Source: Schizochytrium sp. TIO01 | Lineage: Eukaryota; Protista; Bigyra: Labyrinthulomycetes | Assembly (NCBI GenBank): GCA_004764695.1 | Contig: SMSO01000036.1 | Coordinates: 1,922,001 to 1,986,000 of the forward strand | Direction of reading: 5' to 3' | DNA: 64,000 bases | Shown here: positions 12,301 through 23,802 of the stretch, in pieces | Numbering within the stretch: the stretch's first letter is position 1 | Layout: each line of letters starts with the position of its first letter | Notes under the pieces: model-generated | What the model saw: the letters and a program-made list of their open reading frames with translations, nothing else | Told to the model about the DNA's origin: nothing | The model's database searches: none | Program-made: the position numbers and the translations under genes

Positions 12301-15300
12301 GGCCATAAGGGGAGGATATCCACCCAGACGTTTGATACCTTCTTGGTCAAAATCCTTTCGAGCAAAATTCGCGTACTTGATTGTTGTTGGCGGAGGATGC
12401 TTAGTGCGGAGACGGACAATCTGTGGAATTTGATCGCGGATTTCCTTTACGGCTTTTTCTGTAGCACTTCGTGCGGCATGTGATGCCAAGCGTTCAATCC
12501 ACGATCCTTCCATCTGCATATCCATAAATACGTTAACAGATGTTCCGCGAAGTTGATTTGCCATTTCATCGGGTGGCTTCTTCGAGGTTTGCGTTGTAAA
12601 ATACTTTACTAGCTCCCGATCTGCATCTGGAGTAAAAATGTATGAGGGAGCGGGCACTCGAACAAACCGTGGAGGTGGAATATCAACGAGTACTTGCGGA
12701 CGATAAAGCGCAAACGGAGCTGAAGTAGGGGCCATAATCAAGCGAAACGCTCGACTAGGGCCGCCATCTGCAGCCCGAACCATGACCTTATATCCCACTT
12801 CAGTATCGAGCTCACCTCGAAGGGTAATATCATCTGAGGTCACGGGTGGCTGAGGTTCTACAAGGATGACAGTTTCTTTGAAGCTGCGAATCCAGCGATT
12901 GTTCATTATAGTTTCTTTTGCACGTAGAATTGAGCACTTGCGAGTTGCACGGTCTCCTTTGATTTTGCCAAGTCTGAGTTGGTCAAGTACACTATCAAAC
13001 CACTTTCGTACCTTTATGAGACTTCGAACTCGACGATTGAACATTCCGAGCACATCAAAGGTCGCACGATAAGTTGGGTGGCGTGCTTGAATAACTGTGA
13101 TAAATCTTTTACGATTCAGATCCCATCGTAGAGATGCATTCGCTTTGGCAAAAAGCTCCTGGATTTCCTCAGCGCGATATTTTCGTTGCAGTGCAGCTAA
13201 GTTCCAATTGGCACAGGTTAGAACGCTACCCTCGGCTGTAGTAGCTTGCTTCGCTTGCTGATGCTCATCACATCGCTTTACCATATCATCACCTGCACTC
13301 CAGCAGAGAAAACAAATTTCCTTATGTGGAGCAGCCATAGCATTGTTGCGTACCTTGGATTCGAGATTCCGCTCGGATGCGTCAGCAGTGATTTTATCTT
13401 CATCCACTTCGTCTACTCCCTGAAGGTCCTCGCGCCGCATTCCAGGATACGTTATGTTATAAATTGCAGGTGTTTCCTCTTCTTCCTCTACGTGTACGTC
13501 TTCATCGCGCTGGTCTTTGCGACGATCGCGAGGTTGCTTTCGAACACGTTTACTTTTGCGAATACGCAAGCCTGCGATCATTTTGGGCTCTTGTCGGCTC
13601 AAATTTGCACATTGAACAACAGCTTTTAAATCAAGATCCTCGTTTCCTTTCTTTGCTCTGCGGGCCGCCTTTTTCTGCAAAGACTTAGCCTCTTTTGCCA
13701 TGCTACTTAAGAGAGAAGACACTGAATCAAACTTAGTCTGTTTTAGTGCATGCCTTACAGTTTCTCGGAGCTTGACATCTGTGGATCCGTCAGGAAGAAA
13801 AAACCGTGGTGTTTCACAACTTTGTGACCACACACCTGTAGATTGGCTGAATTCTGAGCCTGCTTCGGAGTATTCATCATAATTGCGCTGCTTTGTAAAG
13901 TCTGGATCATGAGACGCCGGATCTTCGTGCTGCCCTCCAGGTCCTTGCCTTCGAGCTTCTTCATCATCAGAGTCCTCTACGTTGTAAAAGTCATCGCCAT
14001 CTTCATCAGAGCCTGCAACGTTTTTGTTTTCATCATCTTCACCCTCTTCGTTCACTTGAAATAAACCTCCTTGAGTGAGGTAGGCAAGATCATCATCTTC
14101 GTGATGATTTCCTTTCTTTTTCAGACTGGAGTTTTTGGTTTGACGACGCTTAGAGTCGCTCGCGTCCACAGCGAGCGACTCTAGAACATTCAGTTTTCCA
14201 GATTTTGATAACCCTTGCTTACTTTTCATTGAACCGAAAGTACCGCTTCCATCCTTTGGTTCTTTGCTTGGGGATGTTGGATGAGCGATTGTCTTAGAGG
14301 ATGACGTTAAACCATTTTGCTTGGGTGATAAAATGCGCGTCAAGGGTTCTTCCATCTGAGAATTATGTCGTTGCGACGCAGACATATGGTCATGGCCCAC
14401 GCGTACATTAAGTTCGTCCTTTGCTCTTCGAGCCTTACCTAGCGCTGCAGGCATATCCCATTGCGATTCTCCTGTAGATATGTTAAAGTACCAAGTATCG
14501 TCTGTATCTGGATCGTGAACACGGGTCCAATTCTCATCAAGCTCCTCAGACTCCACTGGTCGTGACTGGATTGCACGTACGTCCTCGATTGTGTTAGGAT
14601 CATTACTTATTGATGACCTGTTTTGGCCACTACAATTTGCTCCAGTGAGACCACCTTGATTACGAACCTCTAGCGCCCGCTTCCGCCCCAGGCGTCCACG
14701 GACACAACTCTGCATCATTGTTGCAGCTTGTGTTTCTAGTGTAACTCGATGGTGTTCTAGCTTGCGCTCCAGTGCAGCAGCTTCAGCCTCTTGCCTACGG
14801 AACTCCACATCTTCTACATTTTTAACCAATTGTATTTGGTCACTGTACTCTGCCACACTAACATTTGCCCCCGGGACAAAGTCATCAATTTTCAATGAAA
14901 CGCGTTGAGCCTCTTGCGTGAAATTTAGATTCCTCAGACTTTGCTCTTCAGATTTCGCCATAATCAAGCTTGGCCGCCTTAGTGCTGGCAAATGGGCAAC
15001 CTCGTCATCCTCCTCCGCCTGTTCTACGTCATCTTCAATATCATAGTTAGCTTCTGAGGTAACCTGGGTCTCGGAGCTTTGTGGCATGGTCTCTGCGTTT
15101 GTGTTGCTTTTCACATTTCGTAAATTTGGTTCTAAGTCAGGTGATACTGCTCCCCGATTTTGTTTTTCATTGGTAAGTTGTTGTGGTTCAACGTGCGTGA
15201 GTATGTCTGCTTTCTCGTTTATTGGGTTTGCTTCTAACACTGTTTCGTCTGCCTTTTGTGTTAAGGCTGATTCAAAGCTTGAATGGTCTTGTAAGTCTTG

Positions 15301-16125
15301 GACTCCCTTTGCAGTGGGATCTAGAAATCTAGGCAAAGACGAGTCTTCTTTGTATTCTTTCTCCTCTACTACGTCTGTATAATCTATTGCAGCTTCGTTA
15401 TTGTGTTCGCTTGTCTCTTCTTCATTGCTTGTCTCTTCTTCATTTGCCAAAAGTTTAGTTTCAGACCGAGGTCTTCGCCGTTTTTTCCTGATTCGTTTCT
15501 GGCGGGCTGCATACTTGCGTTCATGCAATGCGTCTTTATCAGGGCTATCAATAGCATAAACATCTATATCCACGTTCTCTGGCCAAAATTCCTTGTCCAG
15601 ATGAAGAAATTCGGAGTTAATTCCTTCGGACGTCTCTGCTGCAATAATGTCTGAAAGTTTGAGCGGGCCTGGGAGCGTGTCTTTAGAGGAGTCTGCCTTG
15701 TGGGCAACCTCTGGTCTTTTTTGTTTGCGTCTAGATAGTTTTGATTGCCCAAGGTTAGGATCAGCAGTTTGCACGAGCTTCCGAGAATGCATTGTATGAT
15801 CTGAAAGGTCTTCTGCTCCGATGTCCTGCATTACAACAGCATCTGCAGATGATGGCTTGGGGCCGACATATTCCTGTTCTAGGAAATTAGTGTCCTTGTC
15901 TAAAACTTCATCGCCCTCGCCTTCTGTTTGCAAGACATTAGGTGCCAGCTGAGACGCATTCGCACGCCGACGCTTCCGAGTCTTACTTTGGCGGGTGCGA
16001 GTCTTTCCCACAGAGGCTCTGGCCTCTCGTAATAGTGCTGCCGTCTGCTCCTCTAATGAAGTAAGCCTTGCGTTGCTGTCAGAACTGCTGGCGCCTAGGC
16101 CGCCTCCGCGCGACCTGGCAGGCAT
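9346..16125 (-). CDS. 2259-aa protein with IQ motif, two WW domains and C-terminal ankyrin repeats
   Basis: IQ: AATMMQSCVRGRLGRKR. WW: WTRVHDPDTDDTWYFNISTGESQWDMP and EEFRTAEGVPYWFNRKTGETFWESP. Ankyrin: GNTLLSIAAQNGNKRISKLCLRRGADINTQNLNGQTVLHYC. Confidence 0.85.
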   Translation of the reverse strand: MPARSRGGGLGASSSDSNARLTSLEEQTAALLREARASVGKTRTRQSKTRKRRRANASQLAPNVLQTEGEGDEVLDKDTNFLEQEYVGPKPSSADAVVMQDIGAEDLSDHTMHSRKLVQTADPNLGQSKLSRRKQKRPEVAHKADSSKDTLPGPLKLSDIIAAETSEGINSEFLHLDKEFWPENVDIDVYAIDSPDKDALHERKYAARQKRIRKKRRRPRSETKLLANEEETSNEEETSEHNNEAAIDYTDVVEEKEYKEDSSLPRFLDPTAKGVQDLQDHSSFESALTQKADETVLEANPINEKADILTHVEPQQLTNEKQNRGAVSPDLEPNLRNVKSNTNAETMPQSSETQVTSEANYDIEDDVEQAEEDDEVAHLPALRRPSLIMAKSEEQSLRNLNFTQEAQRVSLKIDDFVPGANVSVAEYSDQIQLVKNVEDVEFRRQEAEAAALERKLEHHRVTLETQAATMMQSCVRGRLGRKRALEVRNQGGLTGANCSGQNRSSISNDPNTIEDVRAIQSRPVESEELDENWTRVHDPDTDDTWYFNISTGESQWDMPAALGKARRAKDELNVRVGHDHMSASQRHNSQMEEPLTRILSPKQNGLTSSSKTIAHPTSPSKEPKDGSGTFGSMKSKQGLSKSGKLNVLESLAVDASDSKRRQTKNSSLKKKGNHHEDDDLAYLTQGGLFQVNEEGEDDENKNVAGSDEDGDDFYNVEDSDDEEARRQGPGGQHEDPASHDPDFTKQRNYDEYSEAGSEFSQSTGVWSQSCETPRFFLPDGSTDVKLRETVRHALKQTKFDSVSSLLSSMAKEAKSLQKKAARRAKKGNEDLDLKAVVQCANLSRQEPKMIAGLRIRKSKRVRKQPRDRRKDQRDEDVHVEEEEETPAIYNITYPGMRREDLQGVDEVDEDKITADASERNLESKVRNNAMAAPHKEICFLCWSAGDDMVKRCDEHQQAKQATTAEGSVLTCANWNLAALQRKYRAEEIQELFAKANASLRWDLNRKRFITVIQARHPTYRATFDVLGMFNRRVRSLIKVRKWFDSVLDQLRLGKIKGDRATRKCSILRAKETIMNNRWIRSFKETVILVEPQPPVTSDDITLRGELDTEVGYKVMVRAADGGPSRAFRLIMAPTSAPFALYRPQVLVDIPPPRFVRVPAPSYIFTPDADRELVKYFTTQTSKKPPDEMANQLRGTSVNVFMDMQMEGSWIERLASHAARSATEKAVKEIRDQIPQIVRLRTKHPPPTTIKYANFARKDFDQEGIKRLGGYPPLMAILSQEVTTAVCAQYGKFVVTSKMSIAPIKKKYDEFQDKDGVLDQSLTFKSFVPPETGGMGCSYSPLVSALNTRLPPCIVASAAVHEKLTLEREQEKEDLSESLRLKVFNGELTKRHHDSQWQRYLEGDYVRRLDDHKVRHTNGTNREVQTGEVEDVGFRTTAVAPSQPVESKVETNEFVPSADIAVTNKPGIRGAITTNAGPDYPFCIPSTRELTLLDYFHLLVSPVASSNSTCCFTTLGRQDPGLYMVKAKHDALLGILEMRVYRSFAYFQTPHIEEFRTAEGVPYWFNRKTGETFWESPLIDLNNMKDDDEDRPLIEEPYKATTESERRKFSDTLGGKRKPPSQMRMRQHMLKNYEEGEGEEEDDQEPEFAREIGRAEEKRRALDKRFRDRVGQTSVLKGTAPLLSIEEERAEAKRQRREKCKRQKKRKQQQGGNQVVDVGSGSENDEEKTQPRTRDRGSEAPMPISMGNNDDSHSGEASSNVAALPVGVGPSSPKHATLMAQNRRTSLSLQGIPSETDDDDDDHAQLLTTIQTALQTAMTKQYAANKDFSADDLLKLGMGLGLGIGLGKKQQRQRPGSPSSHLSNGGRTRMLGSFSSKAPSHPNGSDTEEEYDEEAHANFPELNEEGISIVEEDSEITRREEEREGDESDIPLLVATPRHKGPYPSSSKSKVRPTPTPDEQEMQLSEAAKANAVNTKSDKNPDQDSDDSDLSDDDCSDSEDDMDKEFDTHEPAGQGKYWTATGTAVAKSRGQIIHSSMALPEGFVNSVYKPHTAKQHADYLPSLPNLNEATSVGVVKPRNIIKDWKHSGFDPWSDGKDKYTTSFVPSLFVDEKGDDQSGGLFGDHAGLAERRAQAADQQRLAEDLDKLFSWCRHGKYEEIDEYFKDPDCTFPIDSKDALGNTLLSIAAQNGNKRISKLCLRRGADINTQNLNGQTVLHYCMAYGFDALAEYFMNKGADDSLVNADGLTCYEGLSLEDVQNL

Positions 16126-17014
16126 CGCGCTTCAATGTGACGCCACCTCGCAAGTGCGCTTTGATCGCAGCCAGTGGCAACAAAACTGTGCTACTGTCTT
16201 TATTACGTATAAATCAATGGAATGTGTGTCTCTATTAATTTAAATGTGATAAACATGCAGCTTTCGTGACTCGAGAGATGTAGCTACCGGCCTCAAAACA
16301 AAGCTCACCTTTTTATTGCTCTGATTTGATTACAAGTTATCAGAGAGTTATGAATTATATACACACACCCAGCTACTGGCCCTCTAAAGTTCATCGCATA
16401 TATACTTACATGTAGAAGATATGGTTACGTCGAGGTTGCTTGTATAATTATGATCAGTATTTTAACATTCTCGCAGAAAGAGAACTCAAGAACAAGCCAA
16501 CTCCTTTCTAAACTAGGAACCATAAAATATCCGTTAGACCTTTTAAACGGATGCTTAGACCTTTTTATCTTTTAAATTCTCAGGCTTGTTTTTTCTTTAA
16601 ATTTAAAGGCAAGTCATTCCAGCAATATTAGTATAAGTACTTCCAAGGTTTTTCTCTTTCTTTTCTTTGGATTGTAATCGTAGTATTGAAAGCTGAAATA
16701 GAAACTTATGTGTAGTAAATCGAGATGCCGATGATTGCTTTATGTGTAAGATTAATAACATGAAATTGTAAGTATGTACGATATAACGATTTTGAGACGA
16801 AGGACAAATAGTATATAAGTAAACTATTTACGCGAGAACATTGTTAATAAGTCCTTACATAGCTTGAGAACGCCTGGCAAGATCACTGTAGTGTATGTGA
16901 TCATTTATATCCCAAAATCCACACTTGAAGAAATACCTTTGCGTTCTGGAATAAATAATTTAAAGGAACCTCATCGGTACGCCTTACTTGGAAAATCTTC
17001 CAACTACCTTAATA

Positions 17015-19269
17015 TTAAGAATTTTCTAGACAAGTATCGAGATTTGCCCAATTCTTATCAAGTGTCTGTCGTGTGTTACACAAAACATTTAAAGATTGAT
17101 ATTTATTTATTTGTCCTTTCTTTCTGCTTTCTGTCTCCAACACACGTCGAAGTTCAGCAATCTCCCAATCTGCAGATCGACCGAAACCTTCCTCGCTCAT
17201 GTCTGTCTTGCGCTTAGCCATGCCAAAGTCGATAGTGACAGGCCTTTGAGTTTTCTTATTCCATAGGACACTGCGAGCCGCCACATCACCGTGCAACACG
17301 CCAAGAGAGTGGGTTTCACCGAGAGCATTCACTGCCTTTTCCACGAAGTCATCAGTAATTTCTTCAGGTGACAAAGACTCACCGGGATGCTTTGCTCCAA
17401 CACCATACAGAACATGATCATCAAATCTTCATGATCGATGAACTCGGGGATATGTTCGCCTCGTAGCGATTCTAGTTGCTTGTAAATTTCAGCTTCGTGT
17501 ATAAATTCTAGAATCTGATCTTGCTGTTTAAACATGTCCAGTACCTTTACCACATTGTTGCTCTTTTAATCTCCTAGCTGGGGGAAATGCAAGCGATATA
17601 CTGGTCCTGTGCGGCCTTCTGGGAGCTGACTATACTCCTTACGACGTATTGCCTTGAGTAAGTCAACCGCTTGACCATCCTGTGTGTAGCATTCACCTTA
17701 CTCGTTCAGCAGCGACTGTATTGATTGATCATCATACTTGACATCCCGATCACTCTTACGTTCATCTGGTAGTTTCACACGGCGTGGGTCTTTGGGTCCT
17801 TCTTCTTCACCACCACAGCGAACCATGACCAAATCTCCAACAGGTTCAAAATCCATCTCATCTTTATCAGCAGCGAGAAGAACAGCAAGTGAAAGAAGCT
17901 CCATCGTGCTGATTCTGCCGTTCTCCATGTCGCCTACACTATCATATGCAACGGGTTCCGTGATGAGCAGATTGCCTTCACAATCCCTAATGAAAACTTG
18001 CGTATGTTTGTAGTTGGAGGAAATTCCAACCAAAACACCATTCAAGTGCATACAGCTATACAGTTCACGAATGACCGAATGATTTTTATGTCGTTGTGAA
18101 GTGCAGCCCACACCGTCACAACCGTAATCACAATATTTACTCCCGAGATCAGTGGTTGGAAAGTTAGGACTTGTGTATTGGCCAATGATCAACGGTTTCC
18201 GAGGTGGTTCACGAGGTGCTAGGAGCGGCGAACTAAACTGCAAATCCTTTCCTAGAATATTACAACTAATCAAAAAGTCCATTTTACCTAGTGCCAGAGG
18301 ATTACTGAATTCTACGGTAAACGGGCTCATTCCTACAGGTACTTTTTTATTGGGAATTTCTTCCATGGCGAGCTCTATGGTATGCAGTAAAGGTAAAAAG
18401 GCATTTCCGACTGAATTTTTAGTATATAACCTGCGCCCACCTATGCATCGAAGGATTTGCGTGAGGTCGGTTTTAGTAGATAGTTGATTCAGGGTGTCAA
18501 TGTAGCCTCGACGGCGGCAATAATTCAAGTAGTGATCGATAGACATCGTTCTCACTCGCATGGGCGATACAGGATAGTTGACAAGGTATGTACTTCTAGT
18601 GTTCCACTTTAATTCATCTTGCAACAAAGTTGGCAAACCTTGTTTGAACTTCGTCGCAACCTTATTCAGATGTGCCTCGAGTTTCCGCAAATTGCTCATT
18701 AGACCCTCGATTTCTTTTGTAGAGTGATCGAAATCTTCCCAAAGCTGGCTAAGGCGTTGTTGTCCGGCAATAATGTCTTGCTTGGTCAGTTCTAAGAATT
18801 CTTCCGCGTTGAGAAGCATTTTGAACGAAGGATATAATTGACGAATACTTCTATCTATATCTTTTGGCGGACAATGGAAACGATATTCAAAATCTTCGTC
18901 CGTGACGATCTCGTCATTCTTGTCCAAGAAGGCATGCAGAAACATGTAATCGTCTTGTCCTAAGGTATCAATGAGTTTCTTTTCCAGAACCTTGATTTTT
19001 TGCGAAAGCTTGGATTCTTGACCCTCGAGGTTCATAATTCTCCGATCCACACGCTCATAATCCCCCCTTATTTTCTTGAGATCAGCTGTCCAAGTCTTTA
19101 AGTTAGATCGAACAACTTCAAGCTTTCTAAAATCATCCGAAGATCCACTGCTCAAATTGTTGGGGCCTCCTTGGGTCGCTGTAGTCATCCGCAATAGCGA
19201 AGGGCGATTTGCTTGGCTTGATCCTAGTCTGCCCACGGCATTGGCAGCTCCCTTGAAAACACTGAACAT
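17015..19269 (-). pseudogene. Disrupted coiled-coil + restriction-endonuclease-fold + protein kinase gene (Crinkler-type REase-kinase architecture)
   Basis: The 523-aa ORF ends at TAA 17698-17700, but the frame continues (LPEGRTGPVYRL Gly-loop). A second in-frame TAA lies at 17566-17568, followed by VVKVLD...HEAEIYKQLESLRGEHIP. After a 1-nt frameshift at ~17390 come LHGDVAARSVL and IDFGMA. Upstream motif: VIRELYSCMHLNGVLVGISSNYKHTQVFIR. Confidence 0.75.
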
Positions 19270-19979
19270 GGTGTTTAAACGATTTTTGGATCCTCGAACG
19301 ACTGGGGTCTGCGCTGCTGCTGTTGCTGCAAACTAGTTTGGGATGTTTGGTGTGAAACTTTACATTATTTACTGCGAACCCTAGATGATTCTTTTGTTTC
19401 GTACACACATCGTATCGTCTATATTCATATTGTTTACTTACACGGGAGTAACACGTAGTAGGAATATGACTTTTTAAATAAATAAATAAAAAATACTCGT
19501 GAATAAGAAACAGGTCTACGTACAAAAAAGTATATAAACAAATTAGGCTCTTTTTTTCTTTTTTTCTTTTTAAAAATAAATAAATAATAACTTTAAATAT
19601 AACTAGTCTATATTCTATTTTACTAACTTACCAATGAATGGCATATAGGTAGCTAGGTACTAGAATGAAGTTTTTTTATTTTGCTTTTTGTTTGTAGCTT
19701 ACTTGTGAAAAAAATAGAGGTACGCATTTTTTTTGATTAAATTATTGTTTAGGGTATATAAAAATAAAGTATACAAAAAAAACCGCGAATCCAGAGCTGA
19801 CGACCTTCGCCAAATGACTTAAGAAGCTCTGGGCCCCTTGGTTATACCTTAAGAGAGATACATATTCTACTTTCGTAACATCATCATCTTTGAAAGGCCC
19901 CTTCAAGTTGGAAAAACGAAAGTCGTGGTTGATTAGGGTGTTTGTAGTGTTTAACAATAAGAATTAAAAATGATCATTT

Positions 19980-21540
19980 CTTTCTTTCTTCTAGTTCTTG
20001 CGAGAGCACCACTTCGCATTGGCAGATTCCCTCGCAAAGGAGACCAAAGGTCTATTCCATGCGGTCGAAATCACGCCGACGCAAAGTAGTGAGCGTGAAA
20101 GGCGTCCGTGACCTCGGGTGCAGCGATTGTCTCGATATTTTCTATGCACAAAAGCATGTTCACTCTTCTAGCTACCAAGAATAGCACCTCACGTCTTGTG
20201 ATCAAACCATACTTCTTGCGTGCCTCTGCAAAGATGCCATTGGTCTTCAGTTGAGGCAGCTTCGCGGGATAGGCGTGGAGGAAACCTCTCCAGTCAATGA
20301 ATGGCACTCACGGCGAGTTCAATGGCATCTTGCCACTCTTTAGAGTTCGGGCCAAGGACAGCGAGAGACCCGACCCTCTCGCACACCCTCGCACACCTCT
20401 TTCTCTATGGTCAACTTTGACAGAGAAAAAATGAGTTAGTTAGTTAGTAGTTGGTATCACGTCATGATGGAGTCTTACTTGGATGACAAAGGAATCAAAG
20501 TCACAGAGGATTGGGATAGCATTTATTTTACTAGACGGCAAACACAAGTCCGTGACGGTCCTCAAGGTGTATTTTGGCAAGTCAAGGAGCGGGGCTGGGG
20601 CTCTTCGTAGAGAAACGAGAAGCACTGACTTTCAGATGAGCAGCTTGCAACGCAAAATAGAGTCTGCCTCTATGCTCCGTAGGTTAGCGTAACGCTTTAA
20701 TAACCGTTACAATTGACGTTAATTGGAAGCTGCCGGATCAGTTAGAGATTGGCTAACGCTCGCATCGTTCTTTTCTGATCTGAGTCGCAGATGTCCACAA
20801 ACAACGGAAACAATGGCACCAATCGTCGGCGCTTGCCAAGCTTGCAAGCACGCTGTGCATGATGCCAGTGTGCGCTTAAATTGTCATGCACACCGCATGG
20901 GCTCTTGAAATGCGCAAAGGTAGTACCGTGAGATTTTGCACGACGCCAATCAATACTTTGAGAAAGAAAGATCTTCTTCAGCTCAGGAGAGCCATGGACC
21001 AAGACCATACATATCAAGGTTTTTGTCGCTGGTATGTTTGGTCCCGAGTAATATCGGGCACGCTCTACTTGAGCCGCGGCACTGCTCAAGAGCTGATCAG
21101 ACCAGAGCAGAGCGTGAATGAAGCTCTCTCAGGCACTCAAGGAGCTGGCCCAAAGGTCCTCCGTCCACGAGTATCAGTTTCTGAGACTACAGACGAATCA
21201 ATCCCCTCAAGTTCTGGTGCCTGGGTCCTCCGCTTTCGGTTGAAGAATGCATCCAATGGACACCAGAGACGGATGCATCGATGCAACTAACCGCTACTGT
21301 GTACCCAGGTGGGACCTCGAGGGCAAGAACCGAAAGAAAGTTGGAAAACGTAGTACGCATGCATGCTACTTCGTTGGTGTACTGCTTCGTTGGTACTCGA
21401 GGCCGAAGTTGTTGGACACCTAAGGAAATGTATTCAGAGGAGGAGGAAGCTGAGGAAATGACGGCTTCGCGATTCGACAGCTGATGGGAACTCCCTCGGC
21501 GAGAGGGAGGCGGGGAGCTTCTTTCTTGGTGTTTCAACAA
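19980..21540 (-). pseudogene. Possible degraded gene remnant (unidentified)
   Basis: GC-richer tract with several short protein-like minus-strand ORFs (21187-21540, 20742-21089, 20440-20625, 20071-20307) broken by stops and frame changes. No recognisable domain. Confidence 0.25.
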
Positions 21541-22308
21541 TAATGCGACTTTTGCGAAGAAACTCGTAAAGGAGAGAAAGGCAGAGGCAGCGGACCTCGA
21601 CTCATCGGCACCACCAAGCTACCTCCTACCTACACGCAAGGTCGACTTGAAGCTGCAAAGGAGTGAAGCCTCGCTTCGCTAGTAGGTGAAAGAGCTTCGC
21701 AAGCAAGCGCCTTACCCGTGCGGGATCAGTGGCATCCCGAACGACAAGCTAGTTGAACTAACTGCCCACAACTTACCTCACCTGGGAAATGGAGTGCACA
21801 ACTGCTAAGCAAGCAAACAGCAAGCGAGCAATGCAAGAAAGGGCCTCTGGCGACTGACTGCCTGGTCTCTAAGTCACCCTCAAGCTCTGACCAGAGAGAG
21901 GTCTGAAGAACCACTGTAGATGGCGTGCTCATTGAGCTTCTTTCTCTGCGAGCTGAGCAGAGCTTGAAAGTTCCATGCAATGGTTTGATCTATACTGCAT
22001 ACAAAGTGAGTCACTTTGTTAAATGATCCTTTATAAAAGAAGAGCCTCTTTTTTGTTGTTGTTTGGTAAACCTCTCTTTCCTCAAAGTTTATGATGTCGT
22101 TGTTGATTATTAATTATTGTTTACTGCTAATGATGTTGTTTCGTTTTCTTTTCCTAGTTCTTCCTTAATTCTTCTTCCTTCAATATATTTCTTTTCTGCG
22201 TCTTTTTCCTGCGGCAGAACCGCTTCGGCTTCGGCTTCGCGTGCCTCGGCCTCCCTTTGGCTGTTCGGCGAGAGACGAAACGTAATCTCTCGCCGATCTG
22301 TAGCCGCG

Positions 22309-23091
22309 ATGGGCAATTTCCTCTGTTGCCGCGATTGCTTCCGCTCAGGATGGCTCCGCCTCGACGACATGTCCTCCGGTGGAAGGGCGTCTCGCCGTGA
22401 AGACCATCATCTCCATTTGCAAAACAGCCACAATAACAGCAATGGAATCAACAGCGCCAGTAGCAACAACAATGGAACCAACAACTCGAATGGTAGCAGT
22501 AGCAACCTTGGAGTGAGTGGTAGCAACAGTATCAATAGCAGTGGCCAGCAGCAACATCGTCGCCGTCACCTCCACACAGATTCTAACAGCGGAATCAACA
22601 ATAACAATGCTAATAGTGGGAACTATGTAGCTCTCCCGGGCAATGAAAGTGGCCATGATTTGGGGTCTTCGGCGTCGGTTCCACTGCCATGTTCTACACA
22701 ATCCACAGCTGCTGCGGCAGCGGCTTTACTTCAGAAGTTCAAGTCTGCGAGCTTCTCAATGTCAATGCCGCCTTCGGTAGAGGACGAGCGCCAGTACATG
22801 CGTGCGTCATGGGATAAGATATTTGCAGCTCAACGAAATGCTCCAGACGAGTGTGTGCTTTGCCTGGAGGAATTCTCGGAAGAATGTCCAGCCGTGCGAA
22901 CCTTGTGCAAATGTGGTATCAACAGACACAGCTACCATCTCAGGTGCTTGCTGGCGTGGAGACAAAGGAGCGGTAAAACGACCTGCCCAGTTTGTGATGA
23001 AGAGCTCTTCTACGAGGATGACAGGGTCGCTGTGCAAGGTAATTCAGCACCATCAGCATCGGGGTCGAACTTGAGAACACCGCTAGTCTAA
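22309..23091 (+). CDS. RING-H2 E3 ubiquitin ligase with predicted N-myristoylation/palmitoylation
   Basis: ATG 22309 gives MGNFLCCRDC, then an Asn/Ser-rich linker and RING CVLCLEEF...CKCGINRHSYHLRCLLAW...CPVC. Confidence 0.85.
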   Translation: MGNFLCCRDCFRSGWLRLDDMSSGGRASRREDHHLHLQNSHNNSNGINSASSNNNGTNNSNGSSSNLGVSGSNSINSSGQQQHRRRHLHTDSNSGINNNNANSGNYVALPGNESGHDLGSSASVPLPCSTQSTAAAAAALLQKFKSASFSMSMPPSVEDERQYMRASWDKIFAAQRNAPDECVLCLEEFSEECPAVRTLCKCGINRHSYHLRCLLAWRQRSGKTTCPVCDEELFYEDDRVAVQGNSAPSASGSNLRTPLV

Positions 23092-23802
23092 CAGACCGCC
23101 GCCTATGAACATGGAGTTCTCTCTCTTCTTAATACATATATTTTGCAGCAAGAACTTCTTCTACTCTATCACGTTGAGACCATATTAATAGCCCTTATGC
23201 CTGATTGCTGCTTACTTACGCGGTTTTAAACCGGTTGCTTTCAAGCTGAAGTGGGTCTCATTTATGCATGCAAATTCTTTGGCTTGCTTTGGGGCAGGCA
23301 GCTGCCCAGCTAACCAGACAGGCCAATTTCTGAGACAACCATTTGCGCACTCGTGTTGCAAAGACGTATGCATAATTTACAACTGATAATGTCTATATGC
23401 GAATTGCAAACCATGTCCTATATACACATAAGACAAATGCCGACCTTCTACAATGCACTCTCCGTTACTCTGGGCTCTTTTTGTACACACTAAGAGGGGA
23501 AGATGACATACGTTTACCAACCATCCTACCTATCAATTCACTATCTACTCCGATTTCTAGAGCAATCAAGAAAAAATGAAACATCAAATATAAACGTTAA
23601 ACTAAACCTGCGGTATCAGCAGCACTGTTTTGCACAGCGTACTTTGGCACTGCCCAAAAGAGCAAAATCATTTGGTCTTAACTTTTCATGAGCACGAAGA
23701 GTAGCTTACTACCACTAGAAACATAACAAGCATCTGCCTTCCGCACTATCATAACCACTAAAAAATATAGGAAAACAGCACCTGGTGGAAATTATAATAC
23801 GA

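Noticed and set aside
17566-17700. TAA reassignment or read-through explaining the kinase stops
   Set aside because: TAA terminates normal genes in this window, and the same gene also has a frameshift.
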